A stretch of DNA of 54,815 nt from Folioceros fuciformis (lineage: Eukaryota), in contig JBNGIO010005881.1 of NCBI GenBank assembly GCA_049999805.1, positions 1 through 54,815 of the forward strand. Direction: 5' to 3'. Within the stretch, counting starts at the first letter, position 1. Each line of letters starts with the position of its first letter. A program made the position numbers and the translations under genes. This document shows positions 49,101 through 54,815 of the stretch, piece after piece. The notes below the pieces were generated by a model. The model was not told the DNA's origin. It saw nothing but the letters and a program-made list of their open reading frames with translations, and made no database searches.

Positions 49101-52100
49101 CGTGCACCGGGGGTGGTGAAGCTTTGGGGAAGAATTATGAGGAGGGAGGGCTGCAGGTCTCCAGGGATAGAGCATCCCAGGCGGGGAATGTTCAGTGAGG
49201 GGAGGTGGTGGCGACTGGAAGCCTCCTTGCCAAGCTCAAAACAGCAGCTTCATGTTCAGTTCTCGGGGTTGCCATAGAGGGCGGTCAGGTGGAGGAATCG
49301 AGTCGAGAGTTTGTGACAACCCCTAAGGTGTGCTGCACGAAGGTGGCCGGGAGGCTGGAGGGACAAAAAGCTCCCTTACCGCCAGGATCGGGGTGGAGCA
49401 GTGAGCATGCACGGGAGGTGAGGCAGAGGTTGTCACCGTCACTGGTGCACCGCTGGGATTCTCTTCCCAGGAGCTCAAGCCACAAGGTGTGGTGGCGCTA
49501 CCTCCTTCGGGTTTCAGCTAGGGGCTAGGGTCTGGAGCTCCTTTAAGGGTGATGGGTGAGGACTTGGGATGGTGTTCAGAGGAGGGACGTCAACAGATCT
49601 TTAGGAGCAGGGAGATTCAGGCTGGGATTTCTTAGGGAGAGGAGGATTTTGTGGCTAGTTAGCTCCCTGACACATTCAAGGAGGACGACGCTGAAACAGT
49701 GCTCGGGGGCACTGGCAGGGGAGGGATTAAAAGGTCCCCTGCCTACAGGAGCATGGAGGAGGAGGGGGCAAGTACTGGTGATGCTTCAATAGCTGACATC
49801 AGGAATGGAGTAGCAACAAATGCTACTTCTCAGGAGGTATGTCTGCAAGACTCGGAGGCGTCGATGCCACCGGGTTCGAGCCGGGGGGGCCAGGGCCAGG
49901 GCCTGGGGTTCTTTCAAAGGCAATCAGCGAGGGCTTGGGGAGGAAGCTAGCCTTGGTTTTCCATGGGCAACAATCGCCTGGCTCCTCGGCGCCGGAGTCA
50001 CCACTGGACAGCGAGCTAGCACTGGCTCCCCGGGCTCTGGTGCAAGCGCGGGATCCTGGCTTCGCTGTTGGACTGGATCCGGATGTGAGATCGGCCCATG
50101 CTTCCACAACCGAGCAAACAGCGCTACAGTTAGTTTGGATACTAGGCAAGCAAAAAAACGCGAAGGTGTCTTTGGGGAAGAAGACTCGGATCTCAGAGGA
50201 TCCGACATCAGGGCTTAAGCGGCAGGAAAGCGTTGAACAGAGTGGTTCAACGAATGGCCATGGACATAACTGCCACTCTGTTCAACGAATGGCCATGGAC
50301 ATAACTTCCCTGGATGGAAAAAAGATCAAAGTGGTAGAAGGGCTGAGGGGTGGAAATCGGATGCACGGGCAGGGCTCAACTGGTGAAAAGATGGATCTCT
50401 TGATCGGGCGTGGAAACCGCAATATTGAAGAAAGACTGGGATTAGGGAGGATGAAAAGGTTCAATGAATCCGGCAAAGTTTTTGCCTGATGGCGTTAGCC
50501 CCATCATGCAAGAAAACGCTGTGTATGCTTTTGAGGACGACTTGTTCTCTACTCCTGGTGCAGAGGATAACGAGGACGGGGAACCAGTGTGGCATGAGGT
50601 CTAAGCTATCTTTTCTGGGGATGAAGGCTGCTCCTCTCCGCTAAGTTCTTGGGAGAGGAGTTGGGACCAGGCCAAGGTCGCAGCAAGGATTCTGCCCTCT
50701 AGGGCAAGAGAATCTTATAGTGATTAGTGGCCAAGGAAGCCGGATGTCGGAAAAACTAGCCAGGCGGGAAGGCAAACAATACTCAATCAACCTTATAGTT
50801 ACGAGGAAGATTCAGGACACTTACTCGTACCTGGTTAAGTTAGGAGACGAGGGGGAGCTGCTCCCTATATCATTCCATTGAAATAGTTGCATTCAGGGCA
50901 GGAAAGGATTTTTGTCGCCTTGTCATCCGGAGGGGTTCTTGCGAGTAAGGAAGGCAAGGAGGTGGAGTTTTTCAGCGATGTTTACCAGACGGGTGATAGG
51001 TATTTTGCTGACATCCATCTCAAATAGGCATGTGGACCAACTTTGCCGCTTACTTCTGAATGGAGGTGGACCCTAGACGTGCCGTGGGCAAAAGACATGG
51101 CAGTGGGAGAGTCTGAGAGGCTCTCAAGAGTTGAGGGCAGAAGGTGTGCGTACGTAAATTTGAACGGCTTCAAAGAATGTCCCTTGATCTTAAAGCTAAT
51201 AACCAATTGTCTTGGTCTAGACTCATGTCTGGGGCTAGGATGCCTAAACCTGCTGCGGTCTGGAAGCTCCCAAGCAAATCCTGATAAATGGGTCTCGACA
51301 CCTTAAAAAATTATGAGAGGGGGACACACCTGCGAATCATTTCATGGAATGTAAGGGCCCGGGGGATGGTCAAAGATGGCTTCAAAGTGTAGGAGGCTGA
51401 AGCACTTGTTAGAAGAGGAGGTCACTTGGGATATTGTATGCCTGCAAGAGCATAAGCTCTCTACGGAGCATATCCAAAAAGTGAAGAAGCTTTTCCTTCC
51501 AAGTATTACAGAATGGGTGGCAGCTAGAGCAGAGGAAGCAAGTGGAGTGGATTATATTATCTGACTCAACGAATATCAGCAACCTAGGGAGGTGTGTCCA
51601 TAACTGTTCACATAGAACACACTCACAATACAGAATACACTCACAATATCTTGGAGGCGAGTCAAGATGAGGGTGGTAGGTTTGTGTGGCTGGTGTTGCA
51701 AACACCTTAAGGCCCACTCAGCATCTGTAATATTTATGCCCCCAATGCTGCCTCTGACAGGAGTAGTCTCTGGTGTGGACTGGGGAAACAACTGGATGAG
51801 CAAATCCTATGGATGCTGGCCGGGGATTTCAACTTTGTTGAAAGACGGGAAGATATCCGAGGGGAGAGCCCAGTAGATATTCAGTCGATGCCCATGTCTT
51901 GGTAGGAACTGAGAGATATTGTCTTGGTTGTACAGGATACGTGGTTGGCCCTCCCAGCACATCGTCAGCCGCAATCCTTGAAGTTCAGCTGGACTAACCA
52001 ACAACAACAGAATTTGGGAGCGCGCAAATTGGACAAGTTCTATGTTCCTTCTGGTTGGCTACCCCTTGTGCAGTCGTACAGTATTCTCGCAGGTATGATC

Positions 52101-52730
52101 CTGTCGAACCATCACCCAATTAGCTTGCACTTGGGCCTTGCTCCTGCTTCGTGGCAACAGAGGAGGCATATGCAAAACTTTTGGATGAACACGCCCTTAC
52201 TTAAGGAAAAAGGGTGTGTTCGAGGAGGTCAAAAACATTTGGCAGGGAATAGAACAGGGGGAAGAACCTGTTGTGTCCAGATTGATATGTGCTAACAACG
52301 TAGCGACTAGGTATTTGAGGAAACGGGGGGTCCAACGGGCGAAGGATCTGCGCCAGCAAGAATGTTTTTGGAGAGAGGAACTAAGCTGGCTACAAAGGAG
52401 TTGTGAGGAGCGGGACTTCACAATCGAAGAAGAAGGCCGGAAAACAGAGGTGTAGTGCGCTTTGGCCAAATTGGAAGAAGAGAGAGCTAGAGGTTGGTTT
52501 AAATGGGCGAAGGTTAAGTGGGTGAGGGAAGGGGATGGTCCGTCTAAATTCTTTTTTGATAAGATGGCTGCTAACCGGCACAGGTTGCGCATTCCTGCTC
52601 TCCCGGACGCGCAAGGAGTGGTGCAAGAGTCGCTTGAAGGTTTAATAAAGCTCATCACCCTCTTCTTTGTGGGAATTTTTTCCAGTGTTGAGAAGGTGGC
52701 TCCAGGCTCTGAAGGGGATGCTGAGGAATA
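46117..52730 (+). mobile_element. L1-like LINE, decayed; ORF1 plus ORF2 endonuclease, truncated before RT
   Basis: ORF1 from 46188 with LGSIGRVVEV...FDYPDLPIRCGVCGLQNHLKQAC (CCHC). ORF2 APE motifs: IISWNVR (about 51335), DIVCLQEHK, NIYAPN, WMLAGDFN, RKLDKFYV, SNHHPI, then KWVREGDGPSKFFF. Confidence 0.9.
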
Positions 52731-53069
52731 AATCGGGTTGAGCGGGAACATGTCCTCATCTTCAGCCATCGGCGACGGAGGGAGGAGAGGAGTCCCCTGC
52801 GACGGAACCCACCTGTGCCGCCGCCAGAGAGGTCCAGGAGCAGCAGCGAGGTGAAGATCCTCTGGGAGAGTCTGCCCAACCAACGGCGGGGTAGGAGGGC
52901 CAGAGGCGGGCTAGTGAGGGGAGGAGCGCGACGGCCAGGAGAAAGGCGACCGTGGCGAGGAGACAGGCAACACTAAATGCATCCTAGGATAGTTTTTTGT
53001 AGGTTGCTTTTGCTTGGACCTAAGCCGCTCAGAAATTAAGAGCGCTGACTAACCTCCTTGACAGACTTT

Positions 53070-54703
53070 ATGGTGGAAAGAACCTGCCACTAGCGTGTAC
53101 AAGAGGCCGGGTTGGGCCTCAGAAAATTCAGCGAAAACAAGCCCGACATTCCGACCTTGCAGAGCCTAGCGATGGCCACTGCTAGATAGAGAGATCCAGG
53201 CAGGCAAGCGCACGTAGTGTCTGAGGGTGTGGTGTGCAGGTTGCGATTGCTCCACGACAGTGGGACCGAGGACGAATCGGGAGGAGGAGCCTAACCGAGT
53301 GGAAGCCGAGCTTCCCTGCTATCCCCGTTTCTGGCCGTGTAAGGTGGTGGAGGCAAGAGGGGACGAATCCGCGGGTGGTGGAGTGGAGGCAACAACTGTC
53401 TCCCTTATTCCCTAGTGCTCTGCTACCTCCTAAATTCTGGGAAGGAGAAGAACGCCTGGGAAGGGCGGGGTGAAGGAGGAGAAGTGAGAGGAGTGAGCTG
53501 ATCGAGTCGGAGAGTGTGAAAAATTGGAGAAAAGAACGAGTGTAGCGAATCGATGAGTGCACGAGATGTGAGATGAGTTAAGGGGTTACAGTCCGAGTTG
53601 TGAGAACGTTGAGCGATGGAGTCGCGGACGTAGGCGACGGAAGAGTGTCTAGGGTGCTGAAGAATATGAGTGACTGAGGAACTGGCGGGGCTGTGCGCTG
53701 TGGGTGTGTGCCTGAGAGTCAAAGGCGTGGTTGATTTTATGTGTGTCTGAAGAGTTATGGAACCGAATGGAAGTGAACTATGAGCAGGGTTCCAGCCTAA
53801 GTTGTGGCGGAGTTTGATGTGTGGATGTGTGCGGGTGGTAGTGTCTGATTGGATGCGTGGTAGACTGTTACGTGGAGTAGGGAAATGCTAGCGGGTTGTG
53901 GAGAAGACCTGGCCTAAGTTGTCTATGACTGAAGCGTGCATGTGCAAGAGATTGTGGTGGTGTACCAGAAACCGTTGTGAGCAAGGTGACACGGGCCTGG
54001 CCAAAACGGGTGTCGATGTGTGTGCGATCTGTCGAGAGTGAGCCGTGGAGGTACGTGTGTGGGAAGTGCCCAGAGGAAGGTAGCCCGGAGAGGGAGGGAG
54101 AAGGCAAAGGTGAGGATAGTTGTGTCGCATTGTGACCGTAGCGGGTGCGAGGTCGGCAAAAGAAACCCCGAGTGTGGGGAGACCGAGTTCTGAGGCGGGA
54201 GACAACCGTTGGTGAAAATGGCTGGAGGCCGTAATTGGCTGAGGTAGTGTGAGACCCAGGATCAACACTCAGATCCTGAATGAGGCCAGGAGAGGTAAGT
54301 CGCACCTAGAGCTAGAGAGAAGAGAGAGAGTGGGACCCACCGAGGTAGTGGATCCCGCTACCGTCGTGGAGTAACGATCAAGGTAGTCGAGAGTTGGGGT
54401 AGTAGAAGTTCTTCCGGGGTAGTTGGGAAGCCAGTAGTTGAAGAGACCCCCCGGTAGCCAAGTAAGACTGTAAGGTAGTTCAGAGCCGTGGTTGCTAAGC
54501 TGCAACGGAGGTAGCGGTAGTTGAATGGCAGGTAGAAGAGCGGAAGGTAGATAAAGCTTGACCTTGGGTAGTAACTGACTTTGTGAGAAAACCTATGTTA
54601 TTTAGCACAAATCATTCCTTTGGGATTGAATCCCTGAGCTATAATTACAAAGAGGGTTTGTGTGGACCTCGCGGCACCCCTGGGTGCAATATTTTCCCCC
54701 ACA
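53070..54703 (+). repeat. Probable long gypsy (Tat-like) LTR; left boundary uncertain
   Basis: Non-coding G-rich sequence ending in ttttcccccaca, a typical LTR terminus; no TSD established. Confidence 0.35.
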
Positions 54704-54815
54704 GGTAGTAACTGACTTTGTGAGAAAAAATGTGTTATTTAGCAAAAATCATTCCTTTGGGATTGAATCCTTGAGCTATAACGACAAAGAGGGTTTGTGT
54801 GGACCTTGCAGCACC
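54567..54815. repeat. Tandem duplication with 137-bp period
   Basis: ggtagtaactgactttgtgagaaaa...gtgtggacct at 54567 and 54704. Confidence 0.9.

Overview
Eukaryotic, land-plant-like DNA from a draft assembly with 3 N-gaps. Short introns and the TE types suggest a non-seed plant (inference). A compact 9.4 kb island of three apparently intact, intron-containing minus-strand genes lies at 27.3-36.7 kb: an MS2/FAR2-type fatty acyl reductase, an Sfp/AASDHPPT-type 4'-phosphopantetheinyl transferase and the WD40 actin-interacting protein AIP1. Nested, decayed retrotransposons flank the island: at least seven Ty1/copia copies (one with both LTRs and a 5-bp TSD), two solo LTRs with TSDs, Ty3/gypsy remnants (one ending in a PHD finger) and an L1-like LINE. 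The most unusual signal is at about 12.5-14.6 kb. It is a decayed, apparently intron-containing gene for a bacterial-type beta-class amino DNA methyltransferase (N6_N4_Mtase; 6mA/4mC type) fused to a long N-terminal domain and embedded in the TE block. Five copia copies also carry an extra ORF upstream of gag. All exon boundaries and translations were derived by eye.
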